Below the pieces are notes generated by a model. That model did no database searches. It was not told where the DNA came from and worked only from the letters and a program-made list of their open reading frames with translations. From NCBI GenBank assembly GCA_964291235.2, contig OZ219816.1, forward strand, positions 640,001 to 704,000: 64,000 nt of DNA, given 5' to 3'. The position numbers and the translations under genes were made by a program. The stretch comes from Vicinamibacteria bacterium (GTDB taxonomy: Bacteria > Acidobacteriota > Vicinamibacteria > Marinacidobacterales > Marinacidobacteraceae). Below are positions 29,292 to 38,968 of this stretch, one piece after another; position 1 is the first letter of the stretch; each line of letters opens with the position of its first letter.

Positions 29292-30697
29292 AGCCGACCA
29301 CGGTGGGGCTGGTGAGCCTCGGATGCGCGAAGAACCTTCTCGACAGCGAAGTCATGGCCGGCGTCCTCACGAGCCGCGGCTTCGAGATGACCTCCGACCC
29401 GGCGAACGCGGAGGCGCTGATCGTGAACACCTGCGGGTTCATCGGTCCCGCCAAGGAGGAGGGGATCGGAAAGATCCTCGAGCTGGCGCGGCTCAAGAGC
29501 GAGGGCCGCTGTCGGCGCCTGGTGGTCGCCGGATGCCTTGCGCAACGGTACGCGAGCGAACTCACCCGCGAGATTCCCGAGATCGATGCCGTCATCGGGC
29601 TCGATGAAGTCGAGCGGATCGGCGATGTGCTGGAGGCGCCCGACCGGCGGACCCCTCCACTGCGCGCCGATCACTCGGTCACCTGGCTCTACGACCACAC
29701 CACCCCCCGGATCCGTTCCACTCCGCCGCACATCGCCTACATCAAGGTGGCGGAGGGCTGCGACTATCCGTGCTCCTTCTGCGTGATCCCGCAGATCCGC
29801 GGCCACTTCCGCAGTCGCGATCCCGATTCCGTCCTCGCCGAGGCCGAATCGCTGGCCCGTACGGGGACCCGGGAACTCGTCCTGGTCGCCCAGGACACGA
29901 CCGCCTACGGCAAGGATCTCGGCATCCGGCACGGCCTTGCCAGGCTGCTGCGCGAACTCGCGGAGGTCAGCGGGATCGCCTGGGTACGGTTCCTCTACGC
30001 CTACCCGACGACCCTCGACGACGAGGTTCTCGCCGCGATGGCGGATGTCCCCGAGGTGTGTCGCTACGTGGACATCCCGCTGCAGCACGCGAGCCGGCGG
30101 GTGCTGCGGGATATGCGCCGTCCGGGAAATCGGGAGAGCAACGGGCGCCTGTTGGCGCGGATCCGCGACGCGGTGCCGGGAGTGGCGATACGAAGCACCT
30201 TCATCGTCGGATTCCCCGGCGAAACCGAAGCCGAGTTCCAGGAACTCTTCGAGTTTGTGGAAGCGTCCCGATTCGACGCCATGGGTGCGTTCTTGTATTC
30301 GAACGAGGAATCGGCGGGTTCGTTCGTTGACAACGAAGTGGTGTCGGAGACCGAGAAAGAGGACCGCCGGGCCCGGCTGATGGAGTTGCAACGCGGCATC
30401 GCGCTGGCTCGGCACCGCGAGATGATCGGGAGCGTGGTTCCGGTCCTGGTGGACGGAACCGCCGAGGAAAGCGAACTGCTGACCGCCGGCCGCACCGAGA
30501 AGCAGGCGCCGGATGTGGACTCCCGCATCCTCATCGTGGACGGCGTAGCTCCGGTGGGCGAGTTCGTGGATGTGAAGATCACCGAGGCTCATCCGGAGGA
30601 TCTGGTGGGCGAAGCGGTTTCCGCGCCTTCCGCGGCACCCGACTTCGCCCGGACCGGTAGCGCTTCGGAAGCCCTGAGCGGCACTTCGCCGGTCTGA
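29288..30697 (+). CDS. rimO: Ribosomal protein S12 methylthiotransferase
   Basis: SLGCAKNLLDSE, NTCGFI, GCLAQRY, radical SAM motif AEGCDYPCSFCVIP, QDTTAYG, QAPDVD TRAM domain. Confidence 0.95.
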   Translation: MKPTTVGLVSLGCAKNLLDSEVMAGVLTSRGFEMTSDPANAEALIVNTCGFIGPAKEEGIGKILELARLKSEGRCRRLVVAGCLAQRYASELTREIPEIDAVIGLDEVERIGDVLEAPDRRTPPLRADHSVTWLYDHTTPRIRSTPPHIAYIKVAEGCDYPCSFCVIPQIRGHFRSRDPDSVLAEAESLARTGTRELVLVAQDTTAYGKDLGIRHGLARLLRELAEVSGIAWVRFLYAYPTTLDDEVLAAMADVPEVCRYVDIPLQHASRRVLRDMRRPGNRESNGRLLARIRDAVPGVAIRSTFIVGFPGETEAEFQELFEFVEASRFDAMGAFLYSNEESAGSFVDNEVVSETEKEDRRARLMELQRGIALARHREMIGSVVPVLVDGTAEESELLTAGRTEKQAPDVDSRILIVDGVAPVGEFVDVKITEAHPEDLVGEAVSAPSAAPDFARTGSASEALSGTSPV

Positions 30698-30741
30698 CGC
30701 GGTTCTCCCAGGCAGCCAGCCGTCTCCCTTGCGGCCATTAG

Positions 30742-30974
30742 CAGCCTGTGGTGAAACCCCCGTGAGCGCCGAGGCCCCCACCGGGAGAACTGGGGGTGAG
30801 GCCCAGTTCTCCCGGTGGGGGCCCGGCTGACCCAGTTCTCCCGGTGGGGGCGGCGCGTGAGGGAGGAATACCGAGTGTATTTCGACCGAAACGCAACGAT
30901 GAGCGCCTCATGGAGGCGCGGTTCAGGCGGGATGCATCGCCCGGCGAACGCCGCGGGGGTTTTGCCACAGGCTG
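30742..30974. mobile_element. MITE family A, copy carrying an inserted hairpin module
   Basis: Same termini as the 12138 copy, flanked by TTAG/TTAA. Shares the core GGCGCGTGAGGGAGGAATACCGAGTGTATTTCGACCGAAACGCAACGATGAGCGCCTC. Confidence 0.8.
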
Positions 30975-31010
30975 TTAAATCTGCTGTAAGTGGGAGAGCT
31001 CCCTCTGGGG

Positions 31011-31060
31011 TATAATCAGTCGTTCGGGTGCGGCCGGTGTGGGGTCGCTCCCTTTTGTTT
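31011..31060 (+). promoter_or_regulatory. rimP promoter -10 plus leader terminator-like hairpin (rimP-leader type)
   Basis: TATAAT at 31011-31016, then hairpin GGGTGCGGCC/GGTCGCTCCC (31026-31052) followed by TTTTGTTT. Confidence 0.55.
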
Positions 31061-31197
31061 CATGACCCGTCGCACTCCGGTGCGGCGGGTTTTCTCCGAT
31101 CCCCCAATTTCGAGAGGCTCTACGTATTTCGCACGAAGAACCCGACCCGCGGCGCCTTCAACGAGCGGGCGACGATCTCAATGCGCAGATCGAAGGA

Positions 31198-31674
31198 TTG
31201 GCGCGACGAGCAGCGGCGAGTGCTCAGGTTGAGTTGGCATGGATCGAGATCAAGGGCCCGCGCAGCGGGCGTCGAGTACGAGTCTTCATCGAGCGAACCG
31301 ACGATGCGGTAGGACTGGCCGAGTGCGAACGGATGAACGAAAAGCTCTCCGCCCTCCTCGACCTGGAGGATCCGATCCCAGGTTCCTACACGCTGGAGGT
31401 GAGCACTCCGGGACTCGATCGTCCCTTGCACTCGGCCGAGGAATGTCGGCGGTTTCTCGGGCGGCGAGTGCGGATCCGCCACCGGACGGAGACGCGCAAG
31501 GACACCGTGACGGCAACCCTGCGGGCGGTGGAGGGGGACGCCGTCCTTTGCCTGAATGGGCCCGACGGAGAGCGGCGGATCGCGTGGAGCGCCGTGGTCG
31601 CCGCTCGTCTCGCTCCGGACTTCGAAGCCCTGTTCGGAAGACGTCCCGGCGACCGGAGGCGCCTGTCGACCTGA
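31198..31674 (+). CDS. rimP: Ribosome maturation factor RimP
   Basis: VRVFIE...ECER...LSALLDLEDPIPGSYTLEVSTPGLDRPL. First gene of the nusA-infB operon. Start is uncertain. Confidence 0.93.
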   Translation: MARRAAASAQVELAWIEIKGPRSGRRVRVFIERTDDAVGLAECERMNEKLSALLDLEDPIPGSYTLEVSTPGLDRPLHSAEECRRFLGRRVRIRHRTETRKDTVTATLRAVEGDAVLCLNGPDGERRIAWSAVVAARLAPDFEALFGRRPGDRRRLST

Positions 31675-33761
31675 TGGCCGCTATCGAAGAACTCGCCGTC
31701 GAGGTAGATCGGGCCGAAATCATCGCGGGCGTGGAGCAGGCGGCCGGACTCGCCGCGTCGAGGAGTAGCGGCCGTTCCCTCAGCGCCCGCCTCGATTCCG
31801 AAGAAGGCCGCCTCGTGTGTTACGTCGTGAAGCGGGTGGCCACGGAAGTGGAGGACCCCGAATCCGAGGTCGCCGCCGATGCGGCCCCGGAAGGATCTTC
31901 GCCGGGCGATCTGGTGGAGATGCCGGTTCCCTTCGGCACTGCCGCCCGCAGCGCCGCCCGAGCGGCGCGCGCCGTGCTCGAGGCGCGTCTTGGAGCTGCC
32001 CGGATGCTCTCCCGAGCCGAGCGCTACCGCGACCGTATCGGCAAGTTGGAAACGGCAATCGTCGCCCGCCGGGAAGGGCACGACCTCATCGTCAATCTGG
32101 GCCCCGTCGAAGGACGCCTTCCCGCGGACGAACAGAGCCGCCACGAGATCTTCAATCCCGAAGACACCATCCGAGTCGCCGTTCATTCCATCGAACCCGA
32201 GGATCCTCCTGTCATCCTGTCCCGGATTGCCCCCGAGGTCCTGTCCGGCCTCATCGAACGTGAGACGCCAGAGGTTCGTCGCGGAGTGGTCCGGGTTCGC
32301 GCCGTAGCCCGGCATCCCGGGATACGGGCCAAGGTCGCGGTGTCGACTGCCGCCCCCGGGGTGGATCCGGTGGCGGCCTGCCTTGGGCCGGGTGGCTCCC
32401 GGATCCGGGCGGTGAGCCGCGAACTCCGTGGCGAGCGGGTGGACCTGGTTCTGTGGAACGCGAAAGTGGAGAAGTTTGCGCGCAACGCGCTGCGTCCGGC
32501 CGAGGTCCTCGATGTTCGGAGGGCGGACGAGGATTCGGATGGCGGAGGCTCGAGGAGGCTCCGCGAGCAGGGCGGACTCCTGGTCACGGTTTCCGAAACC
32601 GAGTTGCCCCGCGCCGTCGGAAAGCGTGGGCAGAACGTTCGCCTCGCGTCCGAATTGCTCGGGATGCCCATCGAAGTGGCGGCTGAAGGGGATGTTTCGC
32701 CGGTGGATACGCGAAGCGCGCGGCGGGATTCGCGGGATACCGGCGCTTTCCGCCGGGACGCGGACCGGCGCCGTCCGGATCGGCGAGACTCGGACCGGCG
32801 AGACTCGGACCGGCGGGACTCGGACCGGCGGGACTCGGACCGGCGGGACTCGGACCGGCGGCGTCCGGACCGGCGTGACTCGAACCGGCCGTATTCGGAC
32901 CGGCGTGATTCGGATCGGCGTGACTCGGACCGGCGGCGTCCGGACCGGCGTGACTCGAACCGGCCGTATTCGGACCGGCGTGATTCGGATCGGCGTGACT
33001 CGGACCGGCGGCGTCCGGACCGGCGTGACTCGAACCGGCCGTATTCGGACCGGCGTGATTCGGATCGGCGTGACTCGGACCGGCGGCGTCCGGACCGGCG
33101 TGACTCGAACCGGCCGTATTCGGACCGGCGTGATTCGGATCGGCGTGACTCGGACCGGCGGCGTCCGGACCGGCGTGACTCGAACCGGCCGTATTCGGAC
33201 CGGCGTGATTCGGATCGGCGTGACTCGGACCGGCGGCGTCCGGATCGGCGTGACTCGAACCGGCCGTATTCGGACCGGCGTGATTCGGATCGGCGTGACT
33301 CGGACCGGCGGTATTCGGACCGGCGTGACTCGGATCGGCGTGACTCGGACCGGCGTGACTCGGACCGGCGGTATTCGGACCGGCGTGACTCGGACCGGCG
33401 TGACTCGGACCGGCGGCGTCCGGACCAGCGGGACTCGAACCGGCGTGATTCCGACCGGCGTCATTCGGACCGGCGGTATTCGGATCGTCGAGATTCGGAT
33501 CGACGTGATTCGGGCCGGCGGTATTCAGATCGGCGTGATTCGGACCGGCGGCGTCCAGACCGGCGTGATTCCGACCGGCGGCAGGGCGACCCCGGCCGCC
33601 AACCGTCCCGGAACCGGCCGCCACGCCCCGAACGGCCGCTGCGCCCCGAACAGTCCGACCGGCCGCCGCGCCCTGAAACGTCCGACCGGCCGTTGCCCCC
33701 TGAACACCCCGACCGGCCGATGCCGGCCGGAGAATCCGCGCCGGAGGCGCGGGAGCAGTAG
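31674..33761 (+). CDS. nusA: Transcription factor NusA with a long repetitive C-terminal extension
   Basis: S1 and KH domains (VARHPGIRAKVAV, DPVAACLGPGGSRIRAVSRELRGERVD, AVGKRGQNVRLASELLG) and position between rimP and infB. Confidence 0.92.
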   Translation: MAAIEELAVEVDRAEIIAGVEQAAGLAASRSSGRSLSARLDSEEGRLVCYVVKRVATEVEDPESEVAADAAPEGSSPGDLVEMPVPFGTAARSAARAARAVLEARLGAARMLSRAERYRDRIGKLETAIVARREGHDLIVNLGPVEGRLPADEQSRHEIFNPEDTIRVAVHSIEPEDPPVILSRIAPEVLSGLIERETPEVRRGVVRVRAVARHPGIRAKVAVSTAAPGVDPVAACLGPGGSRIRAVSRELRGERVDLVLWNAKVEKFARNALRPAEVLDVRRADEDSDGGGSRRLREQGGLLVTVSETELPRAVGKRGQNVRLASELLGMPIEVAAEGDVSPVDTRSARRDSRDTGAFRRDADRRRPDRRDSDRRDSDRRDSDRRDSDRRDSDRRRPDRRDSNRPYSDRRDSDRRDSDRRRPDRRDSNRPYSDRRDSDRRDSDRRRPDRRDSNRPYSDRRDSDRRDSDRRRPDRRDSNRPYSDRRDSDRRDSDRRRPDRRDSNRPYSDRRDSDRRDSDRRRPDRRDSNRPYSDRRDSDRRDSDRRYSDRRDSDRRDSDRRDSDRRYSDRRDSDRRDSDRRRPDQRDSNRRDSDRRHSDRRYSDRRDSDRRDSGRRYSDRRDSDRRRPDRRDSDRRQGDPGRQPSRNRPPRPERPLRPEQSDRPPRPETSDRPLPPEHPDRPMPAGESAPEAREQ
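32720..33582. repeat. 15-bp coding tandem repeat (DRRDS) with six near-identical 75-bp higher-order units
   Basis: GGACCGGCGTGACTC-type units. The 75-bp unit encoding RPDRRDSNRPYSDRRDSDRRDSDRR starts at 32862, 32937, 33012, 33087, 33162 and 33237. Confidence 0.95.
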
Positions 33762-33767
33762 TCCTCC

Positions 33768-36515
33768 ATGCCGTCCACCGTGAGAGTCAGCGACCTCGCC
33801 AAAGAGGTCGGAATGGAGCCGGGTGAGCTCCTCCGGGTTCTGCAGACCGATTTCAGTCTTCGGGTACGCACCGTCTCCTCATCCATTGGGGATAGCGATG
33901 CGCGGAAGGTAAGGAACCGGCTACGCCTGCAGCAGCGGCGGGCCTCCCGTCCGGACCGCCGCTTGCAGGCTGAGGCGAACATTCGGCGCGCCGCCGAGCA
34001 GCGCCGCCTGCGCGAGGCCGCGGAGGTGAAGGCCCGTGGCGAGGCCGAGCTCAGGGCAAAGGAAAAAGCGGAGCAAAAGGCTCAGGAAGAAGCCGAAGCG
34101 AAGGCGCGGGCCGAAGAAGAGGAGGCCAAGCGGCAGGCGGAGGAGCAGGCGGCGAACGCCAGGCGCGCAGAAGAAGAACGCCAGGCAGCCGAGGCTGCCG
34201 CCAAGCGCGCCGCGGCCGACCAAAAGGCCGCCGCCGCCCGAAAAAGCGAGGACGACGCCAAAGAGAAGGCCGGCGCCAAAGAAGGAAAGGCCGTCCCGGG
34301 AACAACCGACAGCACGCTGGACGGGGAGAGCGGCGTCCGTGCCGGAACTCCGAGTGGCGAGGCGCCCGCCAGGCCTCAACGGATGGCTGCGGCGTCCGAG
34401 CCGGCTGCCGCACCGGCGCCGGCCAAACCGCCGCCGTCGCGGCGTATCGAGACCCGGAGCATCGCACCTGCGGCGGGGGGCAGCCAGTTCCGGCCCGGAG
34501 CCACCGACCGCAAGATCGTTCCCACGGTAACCCGGCCGGCCCGTCGCGCCACTCCGCCGCGGATTCGGGCGACCCCGCCGCCCATGCGGAGGTCGCCGTC
34601 GGCACCGCCCAAGCAGCAGCGTCCCGCTCCCGGTCGCCGCTCGAAGGGCAGGCGGCGCCAGGCGCCGGCCGAAACGCCGGAAGTCCTCGATGGATTCGAC
34701 AGCCCGCTGCCGCCCGGGTTGCGGCAGGCGGTCACCCGCGAGTATCGAACCACGGCTGCGGTGGCGCTGACCGATGCCATCACGGTCAAGGGACTCGCCG
34801 AGGCCCTGAAGATCCCGACGGTCGAGGTGATCAAAGCACTGCTGCTCCAACACGGAGTCGCCGCGTCGATCAACCAGCCGCTCGATGTCGAAACCGCTTC
34901 GAAGCTGGTCCTGCGCTACGGGGGATCCATCGCGGATGCCGCGGCGGCGAAGGCCGAACCGGACGCTGCCGAATCGCCGCCGCCTGACCAGAACAAGGAA
35001 GATCTGGTCGAGCGCGCCCCGGTGGTCACGGTGATGGGACATGTGGACCACGGCAAGACGAGTCTGCTCGACGCGATCCGTAGCTCCCGGGTGGTGGATA
35101 CCGAGGCGGGAGGCATCACGCAGCACATGAGTGCCTACACGGTCGAAACGAACGGCCGCCGGCTCGTCTTCCTGGACACTCCGGGCCACGAGGCGTTCAC
35201 CAAGATGCGCGCCCGTGGCGCCGGCGCGACGGATGTGGTGATCCTGGTGGTGGCCGCGGATGACGGCGTCAAGGAACAGACGATCGAAGCGCTCAATCAC
35301 GCTCGCTCCGCGGGAGTTCCCATCCTGGTCGCGGTCAACAAGATGGACAAGCCCGCTGCGGATCCCGACCTCGTGATGCGGCAACTCGCGGAGCGAAACC
35401 TCACGCCGGAAGAATGGGGCGGCGACGTGATCTTCGCTCGCGTCTCGGCCAAGACCCAGGACGGGCTGCCCGATCTGCTGCAATCCGTGCTGGACGTAGC
35501 CGAGCTGGAAGAGCCAACCGCGAATCCGCAGGGACCGGCACTGGGCGTCGTCCTCGAGGCCCGCAAGGACAAGGGCCGGGGTCCGGTCGCTCAATTCCTG
35601 GTTCAGGAGGGCACGCTCTCGGTCGGCGACACGGTAAGCGCCGGAGCGGCCTGGGGGAAGGTCCGGGCGCTACTCGACGAATCCGGACGCCGCATGAAGA
35701 AAGCGCCGCCTTCCACTCCCTGCGAGGTACTCGGCCTGACTGAGGTTCCGGTGGTGGGCGATCGCTTCTCGGCAAGCCAGACTCCGGCGGAGGCGCGCCG
35801 CGCGGCCGAAGCCAAGAAGGAAGAGACACGGCTGCTGTTGATCGAGGGACGCCAACGGTTGAACCTGCAGAACCTCCACGCCCAGATGAGTGGCGGGCTG
35901 AAGGAACTCTCGATCGTGGTGAAGGCGGATGTCGGCGGGACCGTGGAAGCTGTCCGGGACTCGCTGGAACGGCTCTCGAACGACGAGGTGAAGGTCCGCG
36001 TGATCCACGCCGCCGCCGGGGCGGTTTCGGAGAGCGACGTCAACCTCGCATCGGCTACCGATTCCATCATCGTCGCTTTTGGAGTGCGCCCGGATCCCCA
36101 GGCACAGCGCCTGGCAGAGCAGGAGAAGGTAGAGATTCGGGGCCACACGGTCATCTATCACCTCGTCGAGGAGATGGAGAAGGCGCTGAGCGGCCTCCTG
36201 GAACCGGAAACCGAGGTTGTGGAACTCGGGAAGATCGAGGTTCGCCGCACGTTCCAGGTACCGCGAGTGGGGGTGGTCGCCGGCTCTTACGTGCTTGCCG
36301 GCGCGGTCCCCAGGAACTCCCGCGTGCGGCTGGTGCGTGACGGCCGGCTGGTGTACACCGGCCGCATCGGTAGCCTGCGCCGGTTCAAGGAAGACGTGGC
36401 GCAGGTCCGCGAGGGCTTCGAATGCGGTGTCGGGATTGCCGGCTACAACGATGTGAAGATCGGCGACATCATCGAGGCGTTCCGCGAGCAACAAGTCAGT
36501 GCGGTCGCCGACTAA
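33768..36515 (+). CDS. infB: Translation initiation factor IF-2
   Basis: [10 protein letters not shown]-terminus, [51 protein letters not shown]. Confidence 0.97.
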   Translation: MPSTVRVSDLAKEVGMEPGELLRVLQTDFSLRVRTVSSSIGDSDARKVRNRLRLQQRRASRPDRRLQAEANIRRAAEQRRLREAAEVKARGEAELRAKEKAEQKAQEEAEAKARAEEEEAKRQAEEQAANARRAEEERQAAEAAAKRAAADQKAAAARKSEDDAKEKAGAKEGKAVPGTTDSTLDGESGVRAGTPSGEAPARPQRMAAASEPAAAPAPAKPPPSRRIETRSIAPAAGGSQFRPGATDRKIVPTVTRPARRATPPRIRATPPPMRRSPSAPPKQQRPAPGRRSKGRRRQAPAETPEVLDGFDSPLPPGLRQAVTREYRTTAAVALTDAITVKGLAEALKIPTVEVIKALLLQHGVAASINQPLDVETASKLVLRYGGSIADAAAAKAEPDAAESPPPDQNKEDLVERAPVVTVMGHVDHGKTSLLDAIRSSRVVDTEAGGITQHMSAYTVETNGRRLVFLDTPGHEAFTKMRARGAGATDVVILVVAADDGVKEQTIEALNHARSAGVPILVAVNKMDKPAADPDLVMRQLAERNLTPEEWGGDVIFARVSAKTQDGLPDLLQSVLDVAELEEPTANPQGPALGVVLEARKDKGRGPVAQFLVQEGTLSVGDTVSAGAAWGKVRALLDESGRRMKKAPPSTPCEVLGLTEVPVVGDRFSASQTPAEARRAAEAKKEETRLLLIEGRQRLNLQNLHAQMSGGLKELSIVVKADVGGTVEAVRDSLERLSNDEVKVRVIHAAAGAVSESDVNLASATDSIIVAFGVRPDPQAQRLAEQEKVEIRGHTVIYHLVEEMEKALSGLLEPETEVVELGKIEVRRTFQVPRVGVVAGSYVLAGAVPRNSRVRLVRDGRLVYTGRIGSLRRFKEDVAQVREGFECGVGIAGYNDVKIGDIIEAFREQQVSAVAD

Positions 36516-36566
36516 CTACCCCAGGTCGCCGACTAGACACCCCGGTCCTTTCCGCGGATTCGTGCA

Positions 36567-36872
36567 GTGGCTGGTCCCAGGACCCGGGTGGGACTGCTCC
36601 GCCTGACCCTGCGGTTGCCGTACGCCCGTTCCCGGAAGGATCGGCGCAGCGTCGTGCGATCGCTCTCGGATCGGCTGCGCGCCCGCTGCCTGGTCGCGGT
36701 GGCCGAAACCGGAGATCCGGAAACACTCCGGGAGGCCGAGGTTTCGGTCGTCGCCGTGGGTCTCGGAGAGGAAGTGGTGCGCGCCCGGTTGGAAACCGCG
36801 CGGAATATTGCGGTCCGGGCTTACCCTTCGGAAGTGGCGGACGCCGCTATCGAGTGGCTGGCCGTGGACTAA
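36567..36872 (+). CDS. DUF503 (YlxP) family protein
   Basis: VGLLRLTLRLP.ARSRKDRRSVVRSL.DRLR...VAVAE pattern and conserved position between infB and rbfA. Confidence 0.8.
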   Translation: MAGPRTRVGLLRLTLRLPYARSRKDRRSVVRSLSDRLRARCLVAVAETGDPETLREAEVSVVAVGLGEEVVRARLETARNIAVRAYPSEVADAAIEWLAVD

Positions 36873-36950
36873 CAGCCTGTGCTGAGACTCGAGTGCGATC
36901 CATTCGCGGCGCGCAGCGCCGCCGGGGAGCGGCTGACCTTCCCACGGGAT
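36873..36950. mobile_element. Degenerate MITE family A remnant at the DUF503 stop codon
   Basis: CTAA followed by CAGCCTGTGCTGAGAC..., with a degenerate right end TTCCCACGGGAT. Confidence 0.4.
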
Positions 36951-36958
36951 AGCAAACA

Positions 36959-37384
36959 ATGAGAACCGGAGGCAGACGCGAGCGGGTGGCGGAGGCGATC
37001 CGGCGCGAGGTGGCCGGAATTCTGCGCTTCGAACTCTCGGACCCGCGGGTCGGGCGAGCGACCGTGACCCGGGTCGTCATGACGGGAGACCTTGCGGTTG
37101 CGCGAGTGTATGTATCGGTTTACGGCAGTGACACCGACCGGGAGGAGACCCTGGCAGTCCTCGGCCGGGCGAAGGGCCGGGTGCGAACCCTGCTGGGCTC
37201 CCGCATCCGGCTGCGTGCGACTCCGGAGATCCGCTTCGTCTTTGATCCGTCCGTCGAGTTCTCGATCCGGCTGGAAAAGCTCCTTGACGAAGACCGCGCC
37301 AACCGCCCGCCGGAGTCCGGGAGCGGGTCCGGGGATGAGACGGAGGATCGGCCGCCCGCCCGACGGGACGAGGAGGAGCACTGA
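36959..37384 (+). CDS. rbfA: Ribosome-binding factor A
   Basis: RERVAEAIRREVA, DPRV, DLAVARVYVS, IRLRATPEIRFVFD.S. Confidence 0.95.
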   Translation: MRTGGRRERVAEAIRREVAGILRFELSDPRVGRATVTRVVMTGDLAVARVYVSVYGSDTDREETLAVLGRAKGRVRTLLGSRIRLRATPEIRFVFDPSVEFSIRLEKLLDEDRANRPPESGSGSGDETEDRPPARRDEEEH

Positions 37385-38337
37385 TTTCGGGATTGCTCCT
37401 GGTGGACAAGCACGAGGGGCTCACTTCCTTCGCGGTCGTTCGCCGCGTGCGGGCACGCCTCGGCGGCATCCGGGTCGGGCATGCCGGCTCTCTCGACCCC
37501 TTCGCCACCGGGTTGCTCCCCGTTTGCGTCGGTCGGGCCACCCGGCTCGTCCGCTTCGTCGCCGCGGGCGCCAAGCGGTATCGCGCGCGGGTGTGCTTCG
37601 GACAGGCCACCGATACCGACGATCTGACCGGTCAGCCGGTAGGTGTTCCCACCCAGTGCCCGGACACCTCCGCAATCGAGCGGGTACTTCCGGACTTCCT
37701 CGGCGTCATTGAGCAGCGTCCTCCCCGCTATTCGGCGAAACAGGTTGGCGGACGCCGCGCGTACCGGCTGGCGCGAGCGGGCCGGTCGGTGGAACTGGCG
37801 CCGACCCGGGTTCGGGTGGACGAACTGCGGCTGGTCCGCTACGACGGGAAAGTGGCGGAGATTGCCTGCGAGGTTGGACCCGGCACCTACATTCGCGCTC
37901 TGGCCCGGGACCTCGGCGAGCGCCTCGGCAGCGCGGCGCACCTCGTCGGCTTGCGACGCACCGGGGTAGGGCCCTTCGAGGTGACGGACGCCGCGGGGCT
38001 GGACGAGCTGTCGAGCCGGGCGGAAATCCTTTCGCGACTTCTCGATCCGCTTGCCGCCCTGCAGGGAATGCCCCGGCTGCTCGTGTCCGGAGAGGAGCGG
38101 ATGCGCCTGGCCCACGGCCGGGTGCTCCCGTACCGGCCGGACGATCCGGACCCTCGGGGAGGAGAATCCCCGGCGAGCGAAGACGAGGTCCGTTGCGCGC
38201 TGACGCCGTCGGGGATGCCGGGGGGAGAAAGATCGGCGGAGGGCAGCGGCCCGGCTCTGGTTGCCGTCGTTTCCGCCACTGCCGAAGGTTGGCGCCCGAT
38301 CGTGGTCTGGCAGGGGTCTGCCGAGGCCGCCGAATGA
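37381..38337 (+). CDS. truB: tRNA pseudouridine-55 synthase
   Basis: LLVDK..GLTSF.VV, VGHAGSLDPFATGLL, QRPPRYSAK.VGG.RAY.LAR, GTYIRALARDLG. A CTG start at 37381 is proposed; the ORF track uses TTG 37393. Confidence 0.95.
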   Translation: MISGLLLVDKHEGLTSFAVVRRVRARLGGIRVGHAGSLDPFATGLLPVCVGRATRLVRFVAAGAKRYRARVCFGQATDTDDLTGQPVGVPTQCPDTSAIERVLPDFLGVIEQRPPRYSAKQVGGRRAYRLARAGRSVELAPTRVRVDELRLVRYDGKVAEIACEVGPGTYIRALARDLGERLGSAAHLVGLRRTGVGPFEVTDAAGLDELSSRAEILSRLLDPLAALQGMPRLLVSGEERMRLAHGRVLPYRPDDPDPRGGESPASEDEVRCALTPSGMPGGERSAEGSGPALVAVVSATAEGWRPIVVWQGSAEAAE

Positions 38338-38597
38338 GGATTGCGGTGTCGGCGCCATCAGGAGGGCCGGCGCCGCGCGGGGAGGCGAAACACCGGCCTG
38401 ACCGCTCGCTTCGACGCCTGTGGTAATGTCCGCCGCGAACGACCAGCCGGACCGGGAATTGTGATCGCGAAGACCGTGTGTCTCGGCCGTCGGGCAACGA
38501 ACCCGCCAGACGGAAACATTCATCAGGCGGCAACATAAGGAATTGCAGACCGCCGGATCGACCGGCGTCAACAGGGACCACGGCAGGGAAAACGGCA

Positions 38598-38867
38598 TTG
38601 GCACTCACACAGACGGCACGGCGCACGATTGTCGAGCAGTACCAGCTGCACGAGACGGACGCGGGTTCACCTGAGGTTCAGGTGGCGCTTTTGACCGCGC
38701 GAATTACCGGGCTGGCCGACCATTTCAACGGACATCGGAAGGACCACGCCTCACGCCGGGGATTGCTCCGCATGGTGAGCCGCCGACGGCGGCTGCTGGA
38801 CTATCTGCGGCGGGAAGACGTTGAGCGTTATCGGCGCCTGATTGCTTCCCTCGGCCTCCGGAAGTAA
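38598..38867 (+). CDS. rpsO: 30S ribosomal protein S15
   Basis: [20 protein letters not shown]...[24 protein letters not shown]...LGLRK. TTG start. Confidence 0.96.
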   Translation: MALTQTARRTIVEQYQLHETDAGSPEVQVALLTARITGLADHFNGHRKDHASRRGLLRMVSRRRRLLDYLRREDVERYRRLIASLGLRK

Positions 38868-38968
38868 TCGCGCGGGCTCCGCCCCCGCTGGCGCGGGGTC
38901 GCCGGGCTCCACAAAACGAACGCCGCACGTCCAAGCAGGATTCCGGCAACAGAGAAGGAAGAACAAAG

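Noticed and set aside
31386-33783. Long alternative-frame ORFs (VTPVR, RTGG and HAGP repeats) over the nusA tail
   Set aside because: A 15-bp GC-rich repeat lacks stops in several frames. Only the DRRDS frame is continuous with the NusA domains and ends just before infB.
38338-38597. tRNA/ncRNA or ribF remnant between truB and rpsO
   Set aside because: No cloverleaf and no RibF motifs. It is probably the rpsO promoter and leader, and I cannot support a specific S15-leader structure.
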